From a virus (taxonomy: Duplodnaviria > Caudoviricetes), in IMG/VR virus record IMGVR_UViG_3300024265_000005, positions 1-55,461 of that record: 55,461 nt of DNA. One strand, given 5' to 3'. Below, one piece after another: positions 1 through 8,076 of the stretch. The stretch's first letter is position 1. Every line of letters begins with the position of its first letter. The notes under the pieces were generated by a model. The model ran no database searches. It saw nothing but the letters and a program-made list of their open reading frames with translations, and was not told where the DNA came from. Position numbers and translations under genes: made by a program.

Positions 1-470
1 GCTTCTGCATCAGGTGACATCGAGTTCACAGCTACTGTAGCGGCGCATAATTATAACCTTGCATCAGCTGCAGGTGACATTGAGTTTATCGGAACTTCTG
101 CAGGACGTATCTTTTGCTTTGCGTCAGTCACAGGATCTTGCGAATTTACGGCAAATGCGACGGCCCACAATTATAATCTGGCGTCAGTCGTAGGTACTAT
201 CGAGTTTACAGGTACAGCAGCTGGAAGAATACTACTCGACGAACTACCACTTGTTATATGGGAAGACGCTGACGTAACGTTTAAGAACACCAACGTCACT
301 TGGTATACTGGATTTGTAGATGCTTCTGCATCAGGTGACATCGAGTTCACAGCTACTGTAGCGGCGCATAATTATAACCTTGCATCAGCTGCAGGTGACA
401 TTGAGTTTATCGGAACTTCTGCAGGACGTATCTTTTGCTTTGCGTCAGTCACAGGATCTTGCGAATTTAC
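1..470. repeat. Terminal direct repeat, identical to 54992-55461 (circular assembly overlap; unit genome 54,991 bp)
   Basis: 1-470 (gcttctgcat...gcgaatttac) matches 54992-55461 base for base, and the reading frame runs across the junction. Confidence 0.95.
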
Positions 471-1119
471 AGCCACGGCACAAGCAGGAATAGGTATCCA
501 ATTGATGCCTCCAGAAATGCACGAGTCTATAGTTGATCCGTATGCAGGTGGAGCTTGGATGTGGTTGATCAGAATAAACATTCCTGGATACATCCCTTTA
601 TGGTATGCTCGAAATACTGAGAACGTCTTATATGGTGGCAAGAATTACATTAAAAACAACTTCAACATTGGGCTCGCAACGTCATCTGGCGATGGCTCTG
701 TTCCTCGATCTGGCCTTGTAATTGCTCAAGATGCAGATTACACTCTAGAGGATGAGATCAACGCTACGCAGGGAGCGAGTGGCGGTATGGTTAAGGTTAT
801 CCGAGCTCACGAAGACTATTTAGACAAATTTATTCTTGAGTTAGAACAAGAAGTTCAGATACTCGTCGGCAATAGTGACGCAGATAATATTACATTTCAT
901 TTAGGTATGCCGAATCCCTTGTTGCGGAAAATACCACTGCGTAGGTATTCAAGTAAGCGATGCCCATACGCTTTGCCTAGTTTGTTCAAGGGTCCTGAGT
1001 GTCAGTATGCTGGTGCAAATGTTACATGCACTGGCTTATATGAAGACTGTTTCACTAAAAACAATATTGCATTCTGGGGTGGCGAAGCGGGTTTAGACCC
1101 AGCCGTAGCTAGAGTATAA
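1..1119 (+). CDS. 3' part of the origin-spanning tail tip protein (starts at 54179): 20-aa repeats plus C-terminal lambda gpL-like domain
   Basis: Frame 1 is open from base 1 into the listed ORF 502-1119; four C-terminal Cys (RCPY..PECQY..TCTG..EDCF..FWGG) as in gpL Fe-S domains; lies just upstream of the gpJ-like gene. Confidence 0.8.
   Translation, partial: ASASGDIEFTATVAAHNYNLASAAGDIEFIGTSAGRIFCFASVTGSCEFTANATAHNYNLASVVGTIEFTGTAAGRILLDELPLVIWEDADVTFKNTNVTWYTGFVDASASGDIEFTATVAAHNYNLASAAGDIEFIGTSAGRIFCFASVTGSCEFTATAQAGIGIQLMPPEMHESIVDPYAGGAWMWLIRINIPGYIPLWYARNTENVLYGGKNYIKNNFNIGLATSSGDGSVPRSGLVIAQDADYTLEDEINATQGASGGMVKVIRAHEDYLDKFILELEQEVQILVGNSDADNITFHLGMPNPLLRKIPLRRYSSKRCPYALPSLFKGPECQYAGANVTCTGLYEDCFTKNNIAFWGGEAGLDPAVARV
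322..470 (+). repeat. 149-bp exact internal direct repeat of 1-149 (offset 321 bp, in frame)
   Basis: Direct sequence comparison. Confidence 0.95.
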
Positions 1120-1128
1120 GGTGTAAAT

Positions 1129-4100
1129 ATGTGGGAAATATTGTGGTGGATTATCGTATACGTTATTTTACCGGCTGCGTTGGCGTATCTTGGCGGCACG
1201 CTTATGGCGCCAGACGAGCCTGAAGGAGAGGAGCCAAGAAGAAGTGCGCAGAGTACAAGTTGGAACCCTAGATCAACTCAAAGTGAGGGAATACCTAGGC
1301 CAAGAGCTTATGGCAAGAATATGCACCACGGCAATATTGTGTCTAAGTGGACGGATGTCGATGACTCCTACAGCGAAATACTTTACATGGTTGTTGAACA
1401 TGGTGACGGACCTACCGCAGGTGTAGGTGCAAACATAGTCTACCTCAATGATCAACCGGCTTCAAATTTTGGGTCTGTAAACATACAAGAGCGTCTCGGT
1501 ACGATGGATCAGACCGTTATGACTGGGTTTGAGAAATCTAAATTACAGCACAACATTGGCACAGCGTTAGTATACGATGTGGCCCAAACATTTACGACGC
1601 CTAACGACTTCTTCGAAGATATAGAATACACCGTCAGTTTTCCTCAAGGGTTGTACAGACGACAAAAAGATGGAGACATCAAGAGTTCCCAAAATACCCT
1701 ACAAGTGCGTATCCGTGAAGTAGGTGGGAGTTGGTCTGACGTGTCCCCGGCCACATTTTGGTGGCAATCCGTTGACCCGCTGTACTATCTCTTCAAACTG
1801 TCCGATTATACAACGATCAACAAAGGCACTCAGTACGAACTAGAATTCAAGGTGACGTCACCTCAAGGTGAGAGGCATGTCAATAAGATGTCTTTGAGGA
1901 GCGTCCGCGAAGTTTTAGATGTCCCGTTCACTCGACCAGGGAAAGCTTTAGTTGGTATCAGAGCAGTTGCCACATCACAGCTAAGCGGCAACATTGACGT
2001 TAAAGTGGTTCGCCAGGACAGGATCATCAACGTATTTAACGGCGCTGTTTGGTCGCTAGAGTGTTCAAACAATAGAGCGTGGATCGTTTGGGATATACTT
2101 ACACTACCCTGCATCTCGGGAAACGGCGGAGGCACTCCATACGCTATCGAAAGATATGATGGGATGGACCCAGCGTATCTAGACTTAAACTTCTTCCACG
2201 CATGGTCGCTATTCTGTGAAGAAGAGATTCTTGACGGTTATGGTGGGACAGAAGCGAGAGCTGCTTGCAACATAATCGTAGATACTTTCACTGACACTTA
2301 TTCATTATCCCAGAGGATCGCAAGAGTTGGCAGGGCGAATATCTATTGGGCCGGTGATAAGTTGACAGGCTGGATTGACACTGTTGTTACCACACCAATA
2401 GATTTGGTTACTATGGACAACATGATGTTCAAGTCCTGGAAAAACAATTGGGCGATAGTTTCTGAATTGGCAGGCGTAATAGAAGTGCTGTACCAGGATT
2501 CGAGACAGGGATACGAGAAGACCTCCGCAGATTATTCGAGCGAAGACGCCGGTGGATACATGAATATAGTCAGCCTAGAAGGTATAGGTATGACTTCTCG
2601 TGGTCCAGTCATTCACTATGCTAAACATTTGGTTACTCGTAATGCGTTAATTCGAAACAAAAATGAATTCAGGGTGGCCAAAGATGGGTTTCGATATTCT
2701 TTAGGCAACGTGATCCGTCTTCAATCAAGACCTGCGAATTGGGGCCAAGCGTACATAGTTAAAAGTGCAACAGCAGATACAATCACTGTAGGCAGAGATG
2801 TGGCGGGAGATGTAATACCTGGTGATGTGTTGCACATTCGAACATACGATACAGGTACAGAGCAGGTTATTACTGATACGTATACCGTAGATTCAGTACT
2901 GGCTAGAGTTATAACTATAACCGTACCGTGGGATGTCGCACCTATTAAAGGAAATTTAGTCGCCACAGGGGCTGCAACAGATGTGAAGCTGAGGAGGATA
3001 ACCAAACTTCGACCTACAAAAGATAATTATTTCGATGTCACTGTCGAAACTTACGATCCAGATTTGTTCGACGCTGATGACATTGACCCGAATAACCCTA
3101 ATGTGAATTATATTTGGGCAGGAGCGAATCCAGATATAGGTGCTCTAGTTACTCACGCTGATCTGGACGATTTAGTAGCTCAAATAATCCCTGCACAACC
3201 GGACATCAACGTTCCGTGGCCGAGTAATTTAACTTGGACTGGTAGTTTGGGAACGACAGTAGCGTGGAGCAAAACAGACGCCGACTTCGACATTACATTT
3301 AGCTACGCAGGGACTTCCAACATTATCGCGGCTGACTCGACTACTGATTCTTATATCTATTGGGACCCAGCGAGTCCAACAGTGTTTCTCTCGACCAATT
3401 TGATTGGCACGGCACTTGCTCCAGATCACTGGTTGATGTGTATAAACATTGATGGTGTCGTTTCTCAACCTAACCCACAACAGGTTATTCACGCGGCAAT
3501 ATTGTTGGCAGGGACGATCAGGGCTGAGACGTATCTTGAGTTGAGAAACACATACGTCTACAACGGAGATGATAGTTTAGATACTGCGAATCCGTTTGAC
3601 GTACCGTTCAAGATCGTATCGGAAATGATAGCCGTGCGATCTGTCAAGCTTTCGTTTCAAATAAAGCCATATCAGGCTTATTCTACTGCTGCTGCATCAG
3701 GCGGAGGCCAAACTTCTGGCGGAGGTGGGACCGGTTGGTGGCAAACTGAAACAGAATTGGCGACTGCCATTGACGCAAATACAGATTCGTCAAGAGCTGA
3801 TATTTCTTCTTCTGCTCAAACTGATATGGAGGATTTGGACACTCACCGACACACTATGCCTCAACACGACCATAATTTGAGTGGCAGCACTAATTCAGAG
3901 GATGGCACTGGTTCGCACAGCCATGATCTCGGTTTTTCAGCAAATGTAAGTAACGAAGACCCAGGCGACACTGATTTGGAGGATTTAGGTAATCATCAAC
4001 ATGGTCTCCCTGCTGGAACAACAGCTTTTGATGGCCACATACATAGCCAGAATGAACCTATTGGCGGGCACAAACATGACATGCCTGCTCAAGACGACCA

Positions 4101-4359
4101 TGCACATAACGTTGCTAACCATGTTCACGGTATCACTTATGGCCTTTATGAAGAGGACAACGCGCCAGTGACGGTTCACTATCATATCGACAACGGTGGC
4201 GGGTACGGTGGGCCGTCCGGTAATTTCACAACCACTCAGACTGACATCGACATAACAGCATCGATCACTACAGTAGGTTGGAAGTCTATTAGGTTCGACA
4301 CAGATAAAAGATGCCGCATTGCAGCAATCATAGAATGCAAGCTAGACATTGACGCTTAA
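1129..4359 (+). CDS. Tail tip / host-specificity protein, lambda gpJ-like, with C-terminal HxH-repeat needle
   Basis: 1076 aa; PRAYG, IVYLNDQP, ERLGTMDQ, NNRAWIVWDILT motifs typical of gpJ; eight HxH motifs near the C-terminus. Confidence 0.85.
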   Translation: MWEILWWIIVYVILPAALAYLGGTLMAPDEPEGEEPRRSAQSTSWNPRSTQSEGIPRPRAYGKNMHHGNIVSKWTDVDDSYSEILYMVVEHGDGPTAGVGANIVYLNDQPASNFGSVNIQERLGTMDQTVMTGFEKSKLQHNIGTALVYDVAQTFTTPNDFFEDIEYTVSFPQGLYRRQKDGDIKSSQNTLQVRIREVGGSWSDVSPATFWWQSVDPLYYLFKLSDYTTINKGTQYELEFKVTSPQGERHVNKMSLRSVREVLDVPFTRPGKALVGIRAVATSQLSGNIDVKVVRQDRIINVFNGAVWSLECSNNRAWIVWDILTLPCISGNGGGTPYAIERYDGMDPAYLDLNFFHAWSLFCEEEILDGYGGTEARAACNIIVDTFTDTYSLSQRIARVGRANIYWAGDKLTGWIDTVVTTPIDLVTMDNMMFKSWKNNWAIVSELAGVIEVLYQDSRQGYEKTSADYSSEDAGGYMNIVSLEGIGMTSRGPVIHYAKHLVTRNALIRNKNEFRVAKDGFRYSLGNVIRLQSRPANWGQAYIVKSATADTITVGRDVAGDVIPGDVLHIRTYDTGTEQVITDTYTVDSVLARVITITVPWDVAPIKGNLVATGAATDVKLRRITKLRPTKDNYFDVTVETYDPDLFDADDIDPNNPNVNYIWAGANPDIGALVTHADLDDLVAQIIPAQPDINVPWPSNLTWTGSLGTTVAWSKTDADFDITFSYAGTSNIIAADSTTDSYIYWDPASPTVFLSTNLIGTALAPDHWLMCINIDGVVSQPNPQQVIHAAILLAGTIRAETYLELRNTYVYNGDDSLDTANPFDVPFKIVSEMIAVRSVKLSFQIKPYQAYSTAAASGGGQTSGGGGTGWWQTETELATAIDANTDSSRADISSSAQTDMEDLDTHRHTMPQHDHNLSGSTNSEDGTGSHSHDLGFSANVSNEDPGDTDLEDLGNHQHGLPAGTTAFDGHIHSQNEPIGGHKHDMPAQDDHAHNVANHVHGITYGLYEEDNAPVTVHYHIDNGGGYGGPSGNFTTTQTDIDITASITTVGWKSIRFDTDKRCRIAAIIECKLDIDA

Positions 4360-4432
4360 GAAGGAAACAATGAGCGCAGAAATAATAAAGAAACTATTGT
4401 AGCAAGTTAGATGAATTGAAAGGAGAAGTAAA

Positions 4433-4891
4433 ATGAACAAAAGAACACTGACATTTGTGCTCACGTTATCACTGCTTGTTGCAGTGGGTGGTTGTGAGGT
4501 AACTAAAACTGTTGATCCAAATACTGGTGAAACTGAAAGGACGTTTAAGTTGGATCAGGAGCAAGCCGATGAAATTGAATCAGCAGCAGAAACACTTATT
4601 ACTACAGGTGCTGCAGCGTCTGGATTCTTGCCTTGGCTAACGCCACTTGTTGCTGCCGCTGCCGCTGGACTTGCGACATGGAGAAAGATAAGGCCAAAAT
4701 TAAATGAAGCAACTACCGCCAGAGATGCATACTTCAAAGGAGGTGAAGTTTTAGCGACCGCCTTAGATGATGTCAAAACTAATCAGCCAGAAGTGTGGGC
4801 GAAAATTGCTCCAGTAATTGAAAGTGCTTCCGGTCCTGTTGGCCACGTCGAGAACGCTATTCGCGGCTTCAGGCACTTGCCGCCTAAATAG
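4433..4891 (+). CDS. Lipoprotein / membrane protein, possibly lysis-associated
   Basis: Signal peptide ending in VGGC lipobox, second hydrophobic segment; last gene of the late operon; AGGAG RBS. Confidence 0.6.
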   Translation: MNKRTLTFVLTLSLLVAVGGCEVTKTVDPNTGETERTFKLDQEQADEIESAAETLITTGAAASGFLPWLTPLVAAAAAGLATWRKIRPKLNEATTARDAYFKGGEVLATALDDVKTNQPEVWAKIAPVIESASGPVGHVENAIRGFRHLPPK

Positions 4892-4911
4892 TATAATTCG
4901 GCGAGCATTCC

Positions 4912-4950
4912 AAGAGACGGTATTCAGGTCAGCTGGCCGTCTTTTTCTTT
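4912..4950 (+). terminator. Intrinsic terminator ending the late operon
   Basis: aagagacggt / gccgtctttt stem followed by T-rich tract. Confidence 0.65.
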
Positions 4951-5135
4951 GATCCTAGGCCTCTAGCTGCCCAGCCTACAGACCATCGCATCTCAACTCG
5001 TGCCATCGGCAGGGTCTGCATGTGAGAAAATCACAAAATGGTCAAGTCCATCTTTTGGCCTGCATTTTTTCAACGAAAATTTTCACCTGTAAATCCATGG
5101 TACAAAAGGGATTAAGAAAAAGGTCAAAAAATCAT

Positions 5136-5164
5136 TTGCAACTTCCCAATAAATTTGTTACAAT
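5136..5164 (+). promoter_or_regulatory. Sigma70-type promoter P1
   Basis: TTGCAA-17 bp-TACAAT with extended -10 TG and A-rich upstream element. Confidence 0.75.
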
Positions 5165-5201
5165 ATAGGGTGTAGATGAGAGCTTTAGAAAGGAAACGCA
5201 C

Positions 5202-5639
5202 ATGAAAGTAGGATTAAAGAGAATTGTCGCCAAGATAACTCAAGGTGATGAGTACGGCGTTTACCGTGAAACTGAAGAACACGATCAATATTTTTTAATG
5301 TTCGCTGTTACTACATACAAAGAAGTAATTAGCTATGGAAAAGGAGTAGCTAAAGTTCTTGGTTTAGCTTTTGAATGTTATGCAGATGAACCAATTTCTC
5401 CAGAAAAAGATGGACAAAAAGAAAAGCAAAAGCAAAAAGAATTGAAAGACAAAGCACAATGGGAAATAACTTTAGATAATTGGTTCAGCAAAGGCAAGTA
5501 TCCTTCATCTAAATTCATGAACGAAAAAAGATGGTCTTATTGGTTTTCGATCGGTGGTGAAAAATCTACAGATGGAAGTAAAACATTCGAACCTCCTAAA
5601 AAGAAAAAGCTCAGAGCAAAAGTGAAAAGGAAAAAATAG
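5202..5639 (+). CDS. Hypothetical early protein
   Basis: 145 aa ORF with AAGGA RBS, first gene after P1. Confidence 0.7.
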   Translation: MKVGLKRIVAKITQGDEYGVYRETEEHDQYFLMFAVTTYKEVISYGKGVAKVLGLAFECYADEPISPEKDGQKEKQKQKELKDKAQWEITLDNWFSKGKYPSSKFMNEKRWSYWFSIGGEKSTDGSKTFEPPKKKKLRAKVKRKK

Positions 5640-5640
5640 A

Positions 5641-5838
5641 ATGTCAGCGTGTGAAAAATGTTGGGCTGATGCAGGTCGTCGAGCTCAAATTTCCGGTCGT
5701 TCTCAAACAGAATGTTATGCTGAATTCCTTGAAGAGCGCAAAAATAATCTTTGTTCAGAAAAAGAACAGAAAGGAGATCTAAATGAAAATTCAATACAAA
5801 AATCTAAAACTACAAAAGAAGACTTCGAAGTTGATTGA
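5641..5838 (+). CDS. Small Cys-containing hypothetical protein
   Basis: 65 aa, CxxC near the N-terminus, starts 1 nt after previous stop. Confidence 0.55.
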   Translation: MSACEKCWADAGRRAQISGRSQTECYAEFLEERKNNLCSEKEQKGDLNENSIQKSKTTKEDFEVD

Positions 5839-6652
5839 GCAAGCGAATGAAATTCTTGCTGAGTACGAAGATCAAGGTTTTATCCTCACTGTTCGTCAAG
5901 TCTATTATCAATTTGTCGCTAGAGGTTTAATTTCGAATTGTCTCAAATCATATGGGTATGTCGGTGCTGCTTTGAACAAAGGAAGATTGGCAGGCTTGAT
6001 CGACTGGTCATTGATCGAAGACAGAACAAGAAATCTTGCAGGCAATTCGCATTGGAATAGTCCTTCTGAAATTCTGATGTCTGCAGCATTTTCATATAAA
6101 CTTGATTCCAGAGAAGATCAAGAATATAAAATCGAAATTTGGATTGAAAAAGATGCTCTTGTTGGAATGATCGAACCAGTTTGTGTAGAACTTGATCTTG
6201 ATTATTTTGCTTGTCGAGGTTTTGTAAGCCTGAGTGAAATGTGGAGAGCAGCACAAAGATTGAAAAATGAAAATTGCATTATTCTTCATCTCGGCGATCA
6301 TGATCCTTCTGGCATAGATATGACCAGAGATATTCAAGACCGACTCGTGACTTTCGGCTGTGATAATCTTGAAGTCAAAAGAATTGCTTTGACTATGGAT
6401 CAGATTAAAGAATTCAACCCGCCACCGAATCCTGTCAAACTTTCAGATTCACGTGCTCGCGATTACATAATAGAATATGGCAGCGAATCATGGGAGCTTG
6501 ACGCACTTGCTCCAGACGTGCTGGAAAAATTGATCAGAAAGCATGTAGCTGATTTCACTGACGAAAGCAAAAGACAGAAATTATTGGATAGGCAGCAACA
6601 AGAAAAAGAACAGCTAGAGCATGTTGCTGAAAATTGGGAGGATTATCGCTAA
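5783..6652 (+). CDS. TOPRIM-domain protein, topoisomerase VI-A/Spo11/DUF2399-like
   Basis: N-terminal TVRQVYYQFV winged-helix-like segment; IEIWIEKDAL and GDHDPSG TOPRIM motifs; WELDAL. Confidence 0.8.
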   Translation: MKIQYKNLKLQKKTSKLIEQANEILAEYEDQGFILTVRQVYYQFVARGLISNCLKSYGYVGAALNKGRLAGLIDWSLIEDRTRNLAGNSHWNSPSEILMSAAFSYKLDSREDQEYKIEIWIEKDALVGMIEPVCVELDLDYFACRGFVSLSEMWRAAQRLKNENCIILHLGDHDPSGIDMTRDIQDRLVTFGCDNLEVKRIALTMDQIKEFNPPPNPVKLSDSRARDYIIEYGSESWELDALAPDVLEKLIRKHVADFTDESKRQKLLDRQQQEKEQLEHVAENWEDYR

Positions 6653-7011
6653 TGAAAAGGATTGGAATAATTGGATCACGAAAAAGAAATAGTGGCAATG
6701 ATTATCAAAAAATCAAAAATACTTTTATGCGTGTAGCAAATGCAGATGACATTATTGTAAGTGGAGGTTGTCAAGAAGGAGGTGATCATTTTGCTGAAAT
6801 AATAGCAGCACAATTCAGTATACCAACAGAAATTTTCAGACCTGAATGGAAAAAGTACGGTCGCAGTGCAGGCTTTATTCGGAATACTGACATTGCAAAA
6901 ACAAGCGATATACTGATTGCGTGCGTTGCTGTCAATCGAAAAGGTGGTACTGAAGACACAATAAAAAAATTCAAGAAGTTTCATCCTGAAGGCAGGTTGA
7001 TTTTATGCTAG
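6652..7011 (+). CDS. SLOG-family protein (YspA/DUF2493-like)
   Basis: IGIIGSR, VSGGC..GGD, AGFIRN, GGT motifs; ATG overlaps the previous stop. Confidence 0.8.
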   Translation: MKRIGIIGSRKRNSGNDYQKIKNTFMRVANADDIIVSGGCQEGGDHFAEIIAAQFSIPTEIFRPEWKKYGRSAGFIRNTDIAKTSDILIACVAVNRKGGTEDTIKKFKKFHPEGRLILC

Positions 7012-7322
7012 GAAAGAAAGGACAGATTATTGATAAATCGCATTCACAAGGTCTCGGAGTCTGTCAGATGTGGATGAAACTTTTCGAAGAGAATGAAGAA
7101 TATTTTCATGCTAAGCAATACGACAAAGTTAAGACGGACAAAGAAATTACTGCAAGCATGCTGACTTTTTTTCCTAATCGTAAAACTTCTAAAATATTTC
7201 AGTTCGTTCACAAAGTACGAGGACGATACAATCGTGGATGCTTGCTTAAAGATATGAAACCGAAAATTCAAAGCTTTAAATATTTCTACAATAAAAAAGG
7301 CAAAATAGAAAGGAGAAGGTGA
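7005..7322 (+). CDS. Basic hypothetical protein, paralog of the core domain of 9779-10417
   Basis: GLGV..W..LF..N / TD..I.......FP.R..S.IF..V..VR.RYN.G.L pattern shared with the second copy. Confidence 0.75.
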   Translation: MLGKKGQIIDKSHSQGLGVCQMWMKLFEENEEYFHAKQYDKVKTDKEITASMLTFFPNRKTSKIFQFVHKVRGRYNRGCLLKDMKPKIQSFKYFYNKKGKIERRR

Positions 7323-7323
7323 A

Positions 7324-7509
7324 ATGAAGAATCAAATCATAACTATTGAAAAGACGTCTAAAATATATAAAGGCGCTACAGCCATTGGCGTCTGCATGAT
7401 TATCGGCGGTATCATGACAATGGCTTCATCAATTGGAGAAGTCCTTGTGATGCTTGGCGTCATACTTTGTATTTACAGTTCGATTGGTGCGTGGTGGAAT
7501 AACGGTTAA
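7324..7509 (+). CDS. Small two-TM membrane protein
   Basis: 61 aa, two hydrophobic helices, AGGAG RBS. Confidence 0.7.
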   Translation: MKNQIITIEKTSKIYKGATAIGVCMIIGGIMTMASSIGEVLVMLGVILCIYSSIGAWWNNG

Positions 7510-7527
7510 ATTCTGCTTGCACCTTTA

Positions 7528-7584
7528 AGTCGAAACGCGATACGGAGATCGTGTCCACAAGTAGAAGCTTGTGCTGATGAGACT
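7528..7584 (+). ncRNA. Hammerhead ribozyme, type II; predicted cleavage after GUC at 7555
   Basis: AGUC-GAAA-stem III (ACGCGAU/AUCGUGU)-C-stem I (CACAAG/CUUGUG)-CUGAUGA-GACU; all core nucleotides and three stems present; intergenic. Confidence 0.88.
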
Positions 7585-7620
7585 CAGTAAGTCTTACGAA
7601 TACTTATAGGAGATAAAAGG

Positions 7621-8007
7621 ATGACTACTCAAGAAAACAGATGGGCGTTTATCGCTATTGTGTGTGTTTTGATCTGTTTTATGACTCTATGTAGCGGCTG
7701 TGAGCCAATGACAACAAGACAGAAGTGGATGTTCGGTAGCATGTGTATGGCGCAGTGGGCTGACTACGAGAGTACTAGAAAAGGTCACCTGGAAAGAGAT
7801 GATGGTCCTTGGAAAGAGGCCAGTCCCTTCCTTGACGATCATCCCAGCCGGGATCAGGTGTTCCTGCTGAAACTTGGAGCAGTCGCGTTCTTCTGGGGTC
7901 TCGGTGAATTGGACCCGGACCACCGGGAACTCTACTATACTGTCGGGATCGTAAGCGGTGGAGTTAACGCGATACGTAATGATCACATATATGAAGATCG
8001 GTTTTGA
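7621..8007 (+). CDS. Membrane lipoprotein-like protein
   Basis: Hydrophobic N-terminus ending in LCSGC; ADYESTR..EASPFL motif; two further hydrophobic segments. Confidence 0.7.
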   Translation: MTTQENRWAFIAIVCVLICFMTLCSGCEPMTTRQKWMFGSMCMAQWADYESTRKGHLERDDGPWKEASPFLDDHPSRDQVFLLKLGAVAFFWGLGELDPDHRELYYTVGIVSGGVNAIRNDHIYEDRF

Positions 8008-8010
8008 AAA

Positions 8011-8052
8011 GTCCGTTGCTACGAGGCGGCGCTGATGAGACTCAGTAAGTCT
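8011..8052 (+). ncRNA. Partial hammerhead (GUC, stem I, CUGAUGA; no adjacent GAAA/stem III); 22-nt repeat of 7573-7594
   Basis: GUC-cgttgct/ggcggcg stem-CUGAUGA-GACU; gctgatgagactcagtaagtct identical at 7573-7594 and 8031-8052. Confidence 0.6.
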
Positions 8053-8076
8053 CGCAAATGATTCATAGGAGATAGA

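Noticed and set aside
1-470. 149-bp repeat pair as a DGR template/variable repeat
   Set aside because: Copies are identical with no adenine-specific differences, and no reverse transcriptase is encoded
7573-8052. 22-nt repeats as a mini CRISPR array
   Set aside because: Only two copies, 458 bp apart, with a whole gene between them; no cas genes
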